The translations under genes and the position numbers were made by a program. Shown here in pieces: positions 36,686-47,649 of a DNA stretch of 64,000 nucleotides. Within the stretch, counting starts at the first letter, position 1. Each line of letters opens with the position of its first letter. Source of the DNA: an uncultured Bordetella sp. (lineage in GTDB: Bacteria; Pseudomonadota; Gammaproteobacteria; Burkholderiales; Burkholderiaceae_C); NCBI GenBank assembly GCA_964390775.1, contig CAYMJT010000001.1:21199-85198 (forward strand). The letters are read 5' to 3'. The notes beneath the pieces were generated by a model. The model was not told the DNA's origin. It worked only from the letters and a program-made list of their open reading frames with translations, and searched no databases.

Positions 36686-37696
36686 TCAATCGGGACGCAT
36701 GGCCAGGCGCGCCCGGGTCGCCCATGCCTGAATTTGTAAACCAGCGTTAAATGGGTGTTCAACATGTCGCGCCATGGCCTGAAGTTCGCTGGCCCACAGC
36801 GCTGCTTTTTGCGGAGATGGGGATTTGGGCAACTCTTGGGGCAGAAAAAATCGTGGGGTGGCTCCTAGAGCCACCGCGAGCAGATCATGGCAAAGCCTTT
36901 GCAGACAGGCCAGTCCTTCGGTGGCGCTCACTTGATCGAGCAAACCAGCTTGTCCGCGCGCCAGAACCCTGGGCCACTGTTGCCATTGCTCGGCGGTCAA
37001 TCCGTCTTGCTGAGCACGTTCTAACACCCAATTCGGACGCCCTCCGCTGGCTCGCCACAGGACCTCGGCCTGATGGGGATCCAATCCCTGCTCAGCCAAC
37101 CATGTGAGGGCTTCGGTATCTTCGGGGGCTTGCATGGCATGGCTTTGGCAACGGCTTCGGATGGTGGGCAACAGGCTGTGCAAAGAGTCGGTGGTCAAGA
37201 TAAAGCGCGTGTCCCCAGGGGGCTCCTCCAGAGTTTTCAGCAGCGTATTGGCCGTGACATGATTCATGCGATCGGCCGGATGGATCAAAACCACTTGCCC
37301 ACGTCTCCCGAGGTGGGTGGTTTGCGTGAAAGCGACCATCTGCCGAGCCGCCTCGACCCGGATCTCTTTGCTGGCTTTACGCTTTTTATCATCCAGTTCT
37401 TGCTGGGTCTTTTCATCCAGTGGCATCCCCAGGGACAAGGCCTGGATTTCGGGCATCAAAACACATAAGTCGGCGTGGCTGTGCCGATCGAGGCTGAGGC
37501 AACTGCGACAAACCCCACACGCGCCTAGATCGGTGGGTGCGTCACACAACCAGGCATGTGTCAACGCCAAGGCCAATTCGTATTGCCCCAAGCCCGAGGG
37601 GCCATGCAACAACCAAGCATGGCCTTGCCGCTGAAGCAAGGCTTGTAACTGCCTTTGTAGCCACGGGGCCAGAGGCTTAGACTGGGTTTCGCTCAT
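36686..37696 (-). CDS. holB: DNA polymerase III subunit delta'
   Basis: Zn motif C..CGVCRSC, ANTLLKTLEEPP, LPTIRSRC; follows tmk. Confidence 0.93.
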   Translation of the reverse strand: MSETQSKPLAPWLQRQLQALLQRQGHAWLLHGPSGLGQYELALALTHAWLCDAPTDLGACGVCRSCLSLDRHSHADLCVLMPEIQALSLGMPLDEKTQQELDDKKRKASKEIRVEAARQMVAFTQTTHLGRRGQVVLIHPADRMNHVTANTLLKTLEEPPGDTRFILTTDSLHSLLPTIRSRCQSHAMQAPEDTEALTWLAEQGLDPHQAEVLWRASGGRPNWVLERAQQDGLTAEQWQQWPRVLARGQAGLLDQVSATEGLACLQRLCHDLLAVALGATPRFFLPQELPKSPSPQKAALWASELQAMARHVEHPFNAGLQIQAWATRARLAMRPD

Positions 37697-37697
37697 G

Positions 37698-38363
37698 CTA
37701 TGTTTTACACTCGGGGGGCGATTGCACCATGATGGACAACTTGCCTCGACTAATCAGGGCGCGGGTGAGTTGTTGCCAGACCTGGTGACGAGGCTGGCTC
37801 GCGTCCAGGGTGATGAAACGCTGTGGCATTTGGTCGGCGCGCTGTTGATAGCCTTGGTGCACGGCGCGGAAAAAATCAATCGGTTGCGACTCAAATCGAT
37901 CCGGGACCCGAGCGTCAGCCAATCGTTGGGCCGCAATGGCAGGGTCGAGCGAAAACCAGATCGTCAGATCGGGTTGACGCAAACCATGGGGATTGGTTTG
38001 CACCCATTGTTCGAGTTGCGTCAAAACCCCCCGATCAAAACCGCGTCCTCCCCCCTGGTAGGCAAAAGTGGCATCGGTGAAACGATCGCACAGAACCACC
38101 TCACCGCGCGCCAGTGACGGTTCAATCACCAAATTCAGGTGGTCGCGACGGGCTGCAAACACCAGCAAGGCCTCGGTCAAGGGGTCCATGGCTTGATGCA
38201 AGACCATTTCGCGCAGGGCTTCGGCCAGAGGCGTTCCCCCTGGCTCCCGAGTCAGGGTGACGGTACGACCTTGTTGGCGGAATAGATCGGCGAGGCCCTG
38301 GATGTGGGTGGATTTGCCCGCCCCATCAATGCCTTCAAAACTGATGAACAAACCTTGCGCCAT
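37698..38363 (-). CDS. tmk: Thymidylate kinase
   Basis: [29 protein letters not shown]. Confidence 0.95.
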   Translation of the reverse strand: MAQGLFISFEGIDGAGKSTHIQGLADLFRQQGRTVTLTREPGGTPLAEALREMVLHQAMDPLTEALLVFAARRDHLNLVIEPSLARGEVVLCDRFTDATFAYQGGGRGFDRGVLTQLEQWVQTNPHGLRQPDLTIWFSLDPAIAAQRLADARVPDRFESQPIDFFRAVHQGYQQRADQMPQRFITLDASQPRHQVWQQLTRALISRGKLSIMVQSPPECKT

Positions 38364-38367
38364 GTCC

Positions 38368-39405
38368 TTATTGTGCCTTGCCTGAGGCATTCTGGCGTCG
38401 CAACTGGTACCTTTCCACAGCGGCATTGTGCTCTTCGAGGGTCTGGCTAAATTGGCTACTTCCGTCGCCTCGAGCGACAAAGTACAAAGCCTGATTGCTG
38501 GCAGGCTGGACCGCTGCCAGCAAAGCGGCTTTGCCCGGCAAGGCAATGGGGGTGGGCGGTAATCCGTTGCGGGTATAGGTGTTCCAGGGGTGATCCGTGC
38601 GCAGATGGATGCGCTTTAAATTACCGTCAAAATCAGACCCCAGGCCATAAATGACCGTGGGGTCGGTCTGAAGTGGCATCTTGAGTCGCAAGCGGTTATG
38701 AAACACCGCAGAAATCAAGGGGCGGTCGCCAGCCTGGCCAGTTTCTTTTTCGATGATGCTGGCCAAAATCAAGGCTTGCTCAGAGGACTCCAGCGCCAGT
38801 CCGGAGTTCTTCACATTCCAGGCACGCCCCAGCTGGCGCTCCATGGCCTGCAGCGCACGTTGATAAATGCGTACATCTGAACTGCCTTTGCCATAGGTGT
38901 AGGTATCTGGGTAAAAACGTCCTTCGGCCCACAGGCCTGGACGGCCCAGATGAGCCATCAACTCGGCATCGCTCATGCCTCGGGTATCGTGACGCAAACC
39001 CTCGGCTTGGTCAATCAGCCGCCGCATCTGAGCCAAGCTCCAGCCCTCAGGGATGGTCAAAGCACGCAGGGATTCGTCGCCTCGCACCAATTTTTGTAGC
39101 AATTTCCAAGGACTGGTGCCGGTGGTGATTTCGTAGCTACCAGCGCGCAAAGTGCGCGACTGGCCACTCAGTCGAAACCACAACCACAGCGCGCGCGGTG
39201 AAGTATCTACTCCGCTGGCGACAATCGTCTGGGCCACCCCCCGCACCGAGGTGCCAGGCTCGATGGCGAGGTCCACCACGTCCGACTTTAAACTCAGCGG
39301 GGTCAAAATCCAGTAGCAGGCCGTCCCCACGGACAACAAAAGCCCCAGCGCAAGCCCAGACACCCAGCGGATGATCGTGCGTTTAGGTGTTTTCCTCTTT
39401 GCCAT
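38368..39405 (-). CDS. mltG: Endolytic transglycosylase MltG
   Basis: [39 protein letters not shown]. Confidence 0.95.
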   Translation of the reverse strand: MAKRKTPKRTIIRWVSGLALGLLLSVGTACYWILTPLSLKSDVVDLAIEPGTSVRGVAQTIVASGVDTSPRALWLWFRLSGQSRTLRAGSYEITTGTSPWKLLQKLVRGDESLRALTIPEGWSLAQMRRLIDQAEGLRHDTRGMSDAELMAHLGRPGLWAEGRFYPDTYTYGKGSSDVRIYQRALQAMERQLGRAWNVKNSGLALESSEQALILASIIEKETGQAGDRPLISAVFHNRLRLKMPLQTDPTVIYGLGSDFDGNLKRIHLRTDHPWNTYTRNGLPPTPIALPGKAALLAAVQPASNQALYFVARGDGSSQFSQTLEEHNAAVERYQLRRQNASGKAQ

Positions 39406-39437
39406 GCCAACCTTTCAATCGGCATCATAATTCAGCC

Positions 39438-40352
39438 ATGAATCAAGCCATTGCAGCTCCGACGCTCGAATTACAGGGCGCCTGCCCCCTGCCCCACTTG
39501 GGCCTGATCCGATGTCTGGGTGAGGAGGCAGCTCATTTTTTGCACAATCAACTGACGCAAGATGTTTTGTTGCTGCCCCATGGGCAGTCACGTCTAGCCG
39601 CTTTTTGCAACGCCCAAGGACGGATGCAGGCCAGCATGGTGGTTCACAAGCGCTCTGCGGATGAAATTTGGCTGATCATGCGGCGCGACCTCTTGCCCCG
39701 TACCTTACGCCGATTGTCCATGTTCATACTCCGAGCCAAGGTCCGATTGAGCGATGCCAGCACCGACCAGTCTATTTGGGGCTTATCTGGTCAGGTCTTG
39801 CATGCATTGAACGATCAGGCTTTACAGCCCTGGCAAACCCTGGATCTGCCCCAAGGTGTGGTCATCGGCTTGTATCCGATTGGGGATCAAGCCCGGGCTT
39901 TGTTATTGCCACGCACAGAACCGCCTTTTGGAGCATCCATGGCCCATGCCGATTGGCTGGCCGGTGAAATTTTGGCGGGCGTAGCCGATATTTCTGAACC
40001 CACTTTTGAAGCTTTTATCCCCCAGATGCTGAATTTCGAATCGGTGGACGGGGTCAATTTCAAAAAAGGTTGTTATCCGGGTCAAGAGGTGGTGGCGCGC
40101 AGCCAATTCAGGGGTACCCTGAAGCGGAGGACCTTTGTGGCCCATTGCGATGCGCCTGTGCAAGCTGGCTCAGAGGTCATGGCGGGCGGTGAATCCTGCG
40201 GACTGGTCGCCCAAGCCGCAACCCTGCCTTCGGGGACGGGCGTGGCCTTGGTTTGCCTGCTGCTCAGCCATGCCCAAAGAAGTGACCTGACGGTTTCGGG
40301 TCTGGCTTTGCACTTACTGCCGTTGCCCTATCCTCTGCGACAAGATATCTAG
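39438..40352 (+). CDS. ygfZ: Folate-binding Fe-S cluster/tRNA-modification protein YgfZ
   Basis: Signature KGCYPGQEVVAR; FLHNQLTQD. Confidence 0.93.
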   Translation: MNQAIAAPTLELQGACPLPHLGLIRCLGEEAAHFLHNQLTQDVLLLPHGQSRLAAFCNAQGRMQASMVVHKRSADEIWLIMRRDLLPRTLRRLSMFILRAKVRLSDASTDQSIWGLSGQVLHALNDQALQPWQTLDLPQGVVIGLYPIGDQARALLLPRTEPPFGASMAHADWLAGEILAGVADISEPTFEAFIPQMLNFESVDGVNFKKGCYPGQEVVARSQFRGTLKRRTFVAHCDAPVQAGSEVMAGGESCGLVAQAATLPSGTGVALVCLLLSHAQRSDLTVSGLALHLLPLPYPLRQDI

Positions 40353-40769
40353 CATCATTTCGATGTGATCGATGCCGGCCTCGACAAAGATTTCACCCCG
40401 GGACACAAAGCCAGCACGTTCGTAAAATCCACGTGCGCTGAGTTGGGCGTGCAACATCACCTCATGGTCCCCACGCTGTCGCGCCACCTCGATCAAACCC
40501 AGCAGCACTTGCCGTCCCAAGCCCTTGCCACGGTGGCTGGCTTTGACTGCCATGCGACCGATCCGCGCCACACCTGGCGCATGTGCCAGCAGACGACCCG
40601 TGGCCACCACCTGTCCTGCATCATCTTGTATGACGCCATGGACTGCGATCAGATCCTGATCATCCCATTCCAGTTCCTGGGGTACCCCTTGTTCGCGCAC
40701 AAACACCTCGGCACGCAAGGGTGCCGCAAGGGCTTGTAACTCATTCCAATGACCGATGATCCACTTCAT
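40314..40769 (-). CDS. GNAT family N-acetyltransferase (ElaA/YjcF-like)
   Basis: LRAEVFVREQ, IGRMAV, RGKGLG, HAQ, FYERAGF, EAGIDH. Confidence 0.9.
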   Translation of the reverse strand: MKWIIGHWNELQALAAPLRAEVFVREQGVPQELEWDDQDLIAVHGVIQDDAGQVVATGRLLAHAPGVARIGRMAVKASHRGKGLGRQVLLGLIEVARQRGDHEVMLHAQLSARGFYERAGFVSRGEIFVEAGIDHIEMMLDILSQRIGQRQ

Positions 40770-40771
40770 GT

Positions 40772-41731
40772 TTAAGATCCAAAAGCCTTTCGCAAAGCGC
40801 GTGCCGCATCCTGATGGGCAGTCATAGCTTGGGGCACATATCGTCCCATATTGACAAATCCATGGACGACACCACGGTAAATTTCAAGATCTACCGCCAC
40901 TGCGGCCATGCGTAAGGCATCGGCATAGGCCACCCCCTCGTCGACCAGCGGGTCACATTCCGCCAACCCTATCCAAGCGGGTGCCAGACCACCATGATCT
41001 GGCGCATTCAGGGGGGCAAAACGCCAATCCTGGCGCATCTCAGGAGCAATGTATTGATCAAAAAACCAAGCGATGGTCTCGCTATCGAGCATAAAGCCGT
41101 GCCCAAACCGGCGGTGCGAAGCGGTGTCTTGATGGGATGTGGTGCCTGGGTAAAAAAGCAGTTGTAGCGCCAAGGGCCAATGGACGTCGCGGGCCAGGTG
41201 GGCGCAGACTGCTGCCAAGGTCCCGCCTGCGCTGTCCCCCCCCACTGCGATGCGATGAGCATCCAGGCCCCAGCGCTGAGCGCGTTTGCGCACCGTGCAC
41301 AGGGCGCTCCACGCATCGTCCACTGCAGTGGGAAAACGGTGTTCGGGTGCCCTTCGATAGTCCACCGAAATCACTGCGCACTGGGCCAATCGCGACAAAT
41401 GTCGACACAGGACATCGTGCGTCGCCGGGCTGCCTATGGTAAATCCGCCGCCATGAAAGTAAACCAGCACCGGTAGGGGTGTACCCACCGCATCGGCATA
41501 CAAACGGGCTTTGACTTCCAGGCCGCTCGCCCCCTCCAGAATCAGGTCTTCGCAGCGCACAATCTTCGGTGGGGGCAGGTCGAGCAAGGGTGCGCCTGCT
41601 TCGTAAAAAGCCCGGGCTTGCTCTACCGTCATGGCTTGCATGGGCGGATGCCCTGCTCGCTGGATGCGTTCGATCAGGTGTCGCATTTCGGCGCTCAGGT
41701 GCTGCGCCGGATTCAGAGAGTGTGCACTCAT
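40772..41731 (-). CDS. HSL-family esterase/lipase (alpha/beta hydrolase)
   Basis: HGGGF, DYRRAPEH, GDSAG, DPLVDEG, HGF. Confidence 0.92.
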   Translation of the reverse strand: MSAHSLNPAQHLSAEMRHLIERIQRAGHPPMQAMTVEQARAFYEAGAPLLDLPPPKIVRCEDLILEGASGLEVKARLYADAVGTPLPVLVYFHGGGFTIGSPATHDVLCRHLSRLAQCAVISVDYRRAPEHRFPTAVDDAWSALCTVRKRAQRWGLDAHRIAVGGDSAGGTLAAVCAHLARDVHWPLALQLLFYPGTTSHQDTASHRRFGHGFMLDSETIAWFFDQYIAPEMRQDWRFAPLNAPDHGGLAPAWIGLAECDPLVDEGVAYADALRMAAVAVDLEIYRGVVHGFVNMGRYVPQAMTAHQDAARALRKAFGS

Positions 41732-42804
41732 GGTAGGGGCTCAATCCGGCTTGAGTCGGGTTGTTGCAACCACTGGGCCCATTCATCGGCCAATTGGTGT
41801 GCGGCTTTAGCAGCCGCGCTCCAGACTCGAATGCGTTCGGGCACGTCGTGGGCATAGTTCACGAAGTCACTGCGATCGGGCAATTTCCCGTTGGGCAGTT
41901 TGGCTACCCATTCCGGGCTGGGGCACAGGAGTACCATGCGATCCAAAAAGGGCGTGGCCCGATGGCGTCTTCTCCAAGCTTTGTCCAGCCAGCCTGGCAC
42001 CACCTGGGGCTGAAAATGCGGGTACAAGACCAGGCCTGGCTGCGCCCGATAGTCCAGGTGTAAGTGATAGTCGGTGATGCCGCCGTCCCAATGCGCACCC
42101 GGTGGCGACAAGGCAATGTCTTGCACCGCTTGCAACACGAAGGGAATGGAGCAACTGGCCTGGACGGCCGCCATAAAGTTGGCTTCGGTCAATGGCACGC
42201 GTTCGGTGGGGAAATCGTCGCAGGCAAAGGGCAATGCCTCTTGCGACCGACTGGAAAACACCACTCGATGTAAGCACAGCCCCAGGTATCGTCGATGAAC
42301 GGCATTGATCAGATAGGCGGCGGCATAACCCAACGGTGTCCGCCAAGGCCCCTCCTTGGCAAGCACATGCTGGCCACGCGAGGTCAAGACATGCAGGCGA
42401 TAGCGTGGATGCATCAACACCTGGCTGACCTGCCCGCCATAAAAATCACTCAGACTGCGACCGAACTCTTGACTGACTTGTTCGGCGCTGGGGCGTTTTT
42501 GGCCTGATGGCACGCGGTAATCCTGATGGATGTAATCGTGTTCCAAACGCTGCAAAGCCCGCACCGGGTCGTTTAGACAGGCACTGGCCAAGCGCCAAGC
42601 CCCGATGGAAGCACCCACCAAATGGACCGCCTGCGAGGATCGTGGCAACCAGTCACCAAACAGGAATCGATCCAGAGGTCCCAAAATCAAACCCTTGGGC
42701 CCCCCCGCCGCACCAGGAATGACCCCCACATCGGCTGGAGCCAATCCACGCTCACGCACGTGGCGCATGGCCGCAGGTCCAGCCAGAATGCGCAGGGCTT
42801 TCAT
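41728..42804 (-). CDS. Patatin-like phospholipase
   Basis: Gly-rich GAAGGPKG, GASIG nucleophile, DGG; start ATG 42804. Confidence 0.85.
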   Translation of the reverse strand: MKALRILAGPAAMRHVRERGLAPADVGVIPGAAGGPKGLILGPLDRFLFGDWLPRSSQAVHLVGASIGAWRLASACLNDPVRALQRLEHDYIHQDYRVPSGQKRPSAEQVSQEFGRSLSDFYGGQVSQVLMHPRYRLHVLTSRGQHVLAKEGPWRTPLGYAAAYLINAVHRRYLGLCLHRVVFSSRSQEALPFACDDFPTERVPLTEANFMAAVQASCSIPFVLQAVQDIALSPPGAHWDGGITDYHLHLDYRAQPGLVLYPHFQPQVVPGWLDKAWRRRHRATPFLDRMVLLCPSPEWVAKLPNGKLPDRSDFVNYAHDVPERIRVWSAAAKAAHQLADEWAQWLQQPDSSRIEPLP

Positions 42805-42814
42805 GCGTCTGAGT

Positions 42815-45166
42815 TCATTTTTTGAAGCCCTGGAGCCGAGCGAAAGCCGAAGCCATGGACCCTTGAACGGGGGCCTCTGTCGGCCGAGATCCAAACCGAT
42901 GCGAGCGCGGTGTCCCCTCAAAACGATTGTCACGCACCGCGCCCTGGCGCGGAGCAGCATCCAGGCGCATGCTCAGGGCAATGCGTTTGCGCGTCACATC
43001 GACCTCCAGGACTTTCACTTTGACGATCGCCCCCGCTTTAACAATTTCTCTCGCATCGGCGACAAAGCGATGGGCCAACTGGCTAACGTGCACCAACCCG
43101 TCTTGATGGACTCCGACATCGACGAAGGCTCCAAAGGCGGCCACATTACTGACCGTGCCCTCGAGCACCATGCCCATCTGCAAATCGGTGATGTCCTCGA
43201 CCCCCTCGTTAAAGCGCGCCACCTCAAAATCGGGGCGCGGATCGCGACCTGGTTTTTCAAGCTCTGCCAGAATGTCACGCACCGTGATCACCCCCACGGA
43301 TTCATTGGCCAATAATTCGGGCCTCAGAGTTTTCAGCATGTCGGCGCGGCCCATGATTTCACCGATCGGACGACCCAGCTGGGTCAGTATGCGTTGCACA
43401 ACAGGGTAACTTTCGGGGTGCACTGAAGTCATGTCCAAGGGTTCATCGCCGCCCCGAATGCGCAGAAATCCAGCGCATTGCTCAAAAGTCTTGGTCCCCA
43501 AACCTGAGACCTCCAGCAACTGCTGGCGCGATTTGAAGGCCCCTTGTTGGTCACGCCAGCGCACCACCGAGCGGGCCAAAGTGGCGCTAAGGCCAGAGAC
43601 CCGAGACAACAGCGGAGCGCTGGCAGTATTGAGGTCCACCCCCACTTTGTTGACACAATCCTCGACGACTGCATTGAGAGTTCGCGCCAATTCGATTTGG
43701 CTGACGTCGTGTTGATACTGACCGACGCCTATCGATTTGGGATCAATTTTGACCAGTTCGGCCAGAGGGTCTTGCAGGCGACGAGCAATGCTGACTGCTC
43801 CACGCAAGCTGACATCCACATCGGGCAACTCCTGGCTGGCGTATTCGCTGGCGCTGTAAACGGAGGCGCCGGCTTCACTGACCACCACCTTGAGAGGCAC
43901 CTTGAGGCTCGAGTCTTGCTGGGCCAATGGGACTAAGCGCTTGATCAAATCGGCGGCCAGTTGGTCGGTTTCTCGACTGGCCGTGCCATTGCCAATCGCA
44001 ATCAGCTTCACCCCGTGCGACACACACAGATGCTGCAATCGGTGCAATGCCCCCTCCCAATCTCGACGCGGTTCGTGCGGATACACCGTATCGGTGGCCA
44101 ACAATCGCCCCGTTGAGTTCACTACAGCCACCTTGACCCCCGTGCGGATTCCCGGGTCCAGCCCCATCACGACCTGTGGGCCCGCAGGAGCCGCCAAGAG
44201 CAGATCGCGCACATTGTCACCAAACACCTGGATGGCGACCTGTTCGGCTTGTTCACGCAGTTGGGCCAACAAATCGCGCTCGATCGAGAGGCTGAGTTTG
44301 ACCTTCCAAGTCCAGGACACGCAACGTCGCAATAGATCGTCGGCCGGGCGTTTTTGATGCGACCAATTCAGTTGGACAGCGATTCGACCTTCGGCCAAGC
44401 TGGGTTGACCCGGTTCGGGTTCAATAGGCAGTGCCAAACGGGTATCGAGAATACCCAACGTACGGCCCCTGAATACCGCCAAAGCTCGGTGCGAAGGAAT
44501 TTGCACCAAAACCTCGTCATATTCAAAATAATCCCGAAATTTGGCAACCTCGGGGTCATCCGGATTTTGACCATTGACCAAGCGCGAGCGCAAGAAACCC
44601 TCTTCCCAAAGCCAGTCGCGCAAATGTTTCAATAATGCGGCGTCCTCGGCCCACAGTTCCGAGAGCAAATCACGAACCCCGTCGAGTACCAGGGCCACGG
44701 TCGAAAAATCAGCTCCTTCGATCTGGCCAGCTGGTCGCACATACACCTGCGCCTGTTCATGTGGATCGAGTTGGGGGTTGCGCCACAAAGCCAAGGCCAG
44801 GGGCTCCAAGCCAGCCTCGCGGGCGATCATGGCTTTGGTGCGCCGTTTGGGTTTGTAGGGCAAATACAAATCCTCCAAGGTTTGTTTGGTCATGGCGGAT
44901 TCGATGGACAGACGCAACTCAGGGCTCATTTTGCCCTGCTCTTCGATGCTCTTGAGGATGGCCGCACGGCGTTCAAAAAGTTCCCGCAAATAACTCAAAC
45001 GCTGTTCGAGTTCACGCAATTGCGTATCATCCAAACCGCCAGTCGCCTCTTTCCGATATCGGGCAATGAAAGGGACAGTGGCGCCACTGTCAATCAGATC
45101 GATGGCGGCTTGAACTTGGGGGGGGCGAACGCCCAGTTCCTGGGCAATAAGGTGGCTGATGGACAT
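42815..45166 (-). CDS. tex: Tex family transcription accessory protein (S1 domain)
   Basis: TVPFIARYRKE, DPGIRTG, GNGTASRET, SIGVGQYQHD, C-terminal S1 domain. Confidence 0.95.
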   Translation of the reverse strand: MSISHLIAQELGVRPPQVQAAIDLIDSGATVPFIARYRKEATGGLDDTQLRELEQRLSYLRELFERRAAILKSIEEQGKMSPELRLSIESAMTKQTLEDLYLPYKPKRRTKAMIAREAGLEPLALALWRNPQLDPHEQAQVYVRPAGQIEGADFSTVALVLDGVRDLLSELWAEDAALLKHLRDWLWEEGFLRSRLVNGQNPDDPEVAKFRDYFEYDEVLVQIPSHRALAVFRGRTLGILDTRLALPIEPEPGQPSLAEGRIAVQLNWSHQKRPADDLLRRCVSWTWKVKLSLSIERDLLAQLREQAEQVAIQVFGDNVRDLLLAAPAGPQVVMGLDPGIRTGVKVAVVNSTGRLLATDTVYPHEPRRDWEGALHRLQHLCVSHGVKLIAIGNGTASRETDQLAADLIKRLVPLAQQDSSLKVPLKVVVSEAGASVYSASEYASQELPDVDVSLRGAVSIARRLQDPLAELVKIDPKSIGVGQYQHDVSQIELARTLNAVVEDCVNKVGVDLNTASAPLLSRVSGLSATLARSVVRWRDQQGAFKSRQQLLEVSGLGTKTFEQCAGFLRIRGGDEPLDMTSVHPESYPVVQRILTQLGRPIGEIMGRADMLKTLRPELLANESVGVITVRDILAELEKPGRDPRPDFEVARFNEGVEDITDLQMGMVLEGTVSNVAAFGAFVDVGVHQDGLVHVSQLAHRFVADAREIVKAGAIVKVKVLEVDVTRKRIALSMRLDAAPRQGAVRDNRFEGTPRSHRFGSRPTEAPVQGSMASAFARLQGFKK

Positions 45167-45234
45167 AGGAGGGGGATTCTAAGGAAGTGACGCCCAGCTT
45201 CCTGAACGCCCCGTGATGCAACGGTAGCGCTGGC

Positions 45235-46140
45235 TCAATCGCTGCGCAAGGCCTGACGTAAGGACTCCCCGATTTCGGGACGAGCGGCAAACGGATCGGG
45301 GGGTTGTTGAATCTGCAAGATCGATTCCATGCGCAGTTGCACATTACCCAAGGCTTTGGGATGGCTGAAAATATAAAAGTGGTCCTGAGCCACCGCATCA
45401 AACACCCGCTGAGCCACTTCTGCGGCGCTGACCTTGCCACTGCTGACCGCTTTCTCGCTCATGGCTTGACCGATGCTTTGGCTGCGCGTGGGTGGTGCAG
45501 TGGCCAAATCACCTGGGCGATTGCGCTCGCTGTGACTGATGCCGGTGGGGACAAAATAGGGACACAACACACTGGCGCTGACCTGCTCAGTCACCAGGCG
45601 CAAATCCTGATAAAGGGTTTCAGTCAGCGCCACTACCGCGTGCTTGGAGACGTTATAGATCCCCATATTGGGGGGCGTCAGCAAACCCGCCATGCTGGCT
45701 GTATTGACCACATGACCCCGATAATGCGGGTCGGTTCGAGCGGCCTGCAACATCATGGGCGTGAACAAACGCACCCCATGGACCACCCCCCATAAATTGA
45801 CCCCTAGGACCCATTCCCAATCGGCCACGGTGTTCTCCCACAACAAGCCACCGGCGGCCACGCCAGCGTTGTTGAAGATCAGGTGCGGCACCCCCACATG
45901 CTGGGCCACATGGTCGGCCAAAGCCTGCATGTCACGCTCATCAGACACATTGGTCACTCGGCTCCAGACTTGAGCGCCCTGAGCTTGCAGTTCCTTTTGG
46001 ACTTTTTCCAGCGCGGGGGCTTGCACGTCAACCAACACCAGTTTCATACCCAGGCGCGCACCGAGGCGAGCACATTCCAGACCAAAACCCGAGGCCGCCC
46101 CTGTCAGGACAGCGACTTTGCCTTCAAAATTTTCAATCAC
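45235..46140 (-). CDS. Short-chain dehydrogenase/reductase
   Basis: TGAASGFG, NNAGV, YNVSK; GTG start with GAGG RBS. Confidence 0.9.
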   Translation of the reverse strand: MIENFEGKVAVLTGAASGFGLECARLGARLGMKLVLVDVQAPALEKVQKELQAQGAQVWSRVTNVSDERDMQALADHVAQHVGVPHLIFNNAGVAAGGLLWENTVADWEWVLGVNLWGVVHGVRLFTPMMLQAARTDPHYRGHVVNTASMAGLLTPPNMGIYNVSKHAVVALTETLYQDLRLVTEQVSASVLCPYFVPTGISHSERNRPGDLATAPPTRSQSIGQAMSEKAVSSGKVSAAEVAQRVFDAVAQDHFYIFSHPKALGNVQLRMESILQIQQPPDPFAARPEIGESLRQALRSD

Positions 46141-46149
46141 GGAGCCTCC

Positions 46150-47166
46150 TCAGAACAGGCGGACCAACTGTTTGCCGAAATTTTTGCCCTTGAGCAAGCC
46201 CAGAAAAGCCTCTGGTGCGCTCTCCAGGCCTTGGGCGATGGTTTCCCGGGGGCGAAATTGACCGCTGCCAACCCGCTCCCCCAACTCTTTCAAGGCCTCA
46301 GGCCAGACCTCCATGTGCTCACTGACGATGAAGCCTTCCACTTTGAGGCGATTGACCAGAATCAGCGCAGGCGCAGACATGGGCACTGGCCTGCCATCGT
46401 AGCCAGCGATCATGCCGCACACAGCGATGCGGGCAAAGGCATTGGTGCGCAACATGACAGCATCCAAGACCATGCCACCGACGTTTTCAAAATGGCCATC
46501 GATGCCGTTCGGACAAGCTTGTTTCAGCGCTTTGGACAGCGAGGCAGCATCGGTATGTTGTTTGTAGTCGATGCAGTCGTCAAACCCCAACTCTTGGACC
46601 ACGTACGCGCATTTTTCTGCTCCCCCAGCGATACCCACGACTCGACAACCACGGGCTTTGGCCAATGCGCCATAAGCGCTGCCCACCGCACCGCTGGCGG
46701 CACTGACCGTCACGGTTTCGCCGGCTTTGGGCGCAATGATTTTCACCAGGCCGTACCAAGCCGTGACGCCCGGCATTCCCACCGCACCCAGGTAATGACT
46801 CAAGCCCACCTGTCGCGTATCGACTTTGCGCAGCGCTCCTGGGGCATCGGCCTTAACCACTGAATATTCTTGCCAGCCGCCCATGCCCACCACTTGATCG
46901 CCGACCTGAAAACGCGGGTGACGCGACTCAACAACTTCGCCCGCCGTACCGCCTATCATGACCTGCCCTAGGGGCTGAGGTTGGGCATAGCTTTTCCCGT
47001 CGTTCATTCGCCCCCGCATATAGGGGTCCAGACTCAAAAAATGGTGACGCACCAGGACCTCGCCCTCTGTCAATTCGGGGGTAGGCGTGATGACCAATTT
47101 GAAATTTGAAGTGCTGGCCTCACCCATTGGGCGGTTATCCAGCAATAGTTGGCGATTCATGGGCAT
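46150..47166 (-). CDS. NADP-dependent oxidoreductase (CurA/prostaglandin reductase family)
   Basis: SLDPYMRGRM, GMPGVTAW, SAASGAVG, ENVGG, GKNFGK. Confidence 0.92.
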   Translation of the reverse strand: MPMNRQLLLDNRPMGEASTSNFKLVITPTPELTEGEVLVRHHFLSLDPYMRGRMNDGKSYAQPQPLGQVMIGGTAGEVVESRHPRFQVGDQVVGMGGWQEYSVVKADAPGALRKVDTRQVGLSHYLGAVGMPGVTAWYGLVKIIAPKAGETVTVSAASGAVGSAYGALAKARGCRVVGIAGGAEKCAYVVQELGFDDCIDYKQHTDAASLSKALKQACPNGIDGHFENVGGMVLDAVMLRTNAFARIAVCGMIAGYDGRPVPMSAPALILVNRLKVEGFIVSEHMEVWPEALKELGERVGSGQFRPRETIAQGLESAPEAFLGLLKGKNFGKQLVRLF

Positions 47167-47179
47167 GGTGTATCTCCGT

Positions 47180-47614
47180 TCAGTCGGTGGACAAGGGGGG
47201 ATCGTTGGGTTTACGCACAATGTATTTGAAGGTGCCCGTGGCATGGGCGCATAGTCGGCCCTGGGCATCAAACAACTGAGTCTCAGCAAACGCCATCGAC
47301 TTGGTGCGGTGCATCAAGCGGCCTTTGGCAGTCAAAGTGCCGTTGGCGGGTTGCATGAAACTGGTTTTCATCTCGATGGTGACCACCCCCAGAGTTTTGT
47401 CAATGCTGCGCGCCGCTGTGGCCATCGACACGTCAAGCAAGGCCATGATTGCGCCGCCGTGGGCCACGTCAAACGAATTTTTATGCTCGGGCTTGGGCGT
47501 GAATCGCATCTCGGACTGGCCACCCTCAAACCCGATCATCTCGAAGCCCAGATGAGCGACAAAGGGTATGTGAACCCCAAAGGCGGACGGTTTTTGATCT
47601 GACTCCACAGACAT
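47180..47614 (-). CDS. PaaI-family hotdog thioesterase
   Basis: N....HGGAIMALLD motif. Confidence 0.88.
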   Translation of the reverse strand: MSVESDQKPSAFGVHIPFVAHLGFEMIGFEGGQSEMRFTPKPEHKNSFDVAHGGAIMALLDVSMATAARSIDKTLGVVTIEMKTSFMQPANGTLTAKGRLMHRTKSMAFAETQLFDAQGRLCAHATGTFKYIVRKPNDPPLSTD

Positions 47615-47649
47615 CTCGAAAGACTCCAGAACTTGAATAGGGAATTGAA

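Noticed and set aside
40314..40352. 39-bp convergent overlap of ygfZ and GNAT (also 14 bp for metC and the VOC gene)
   Set aside because: Short 3' overlaps are common in compact genomes
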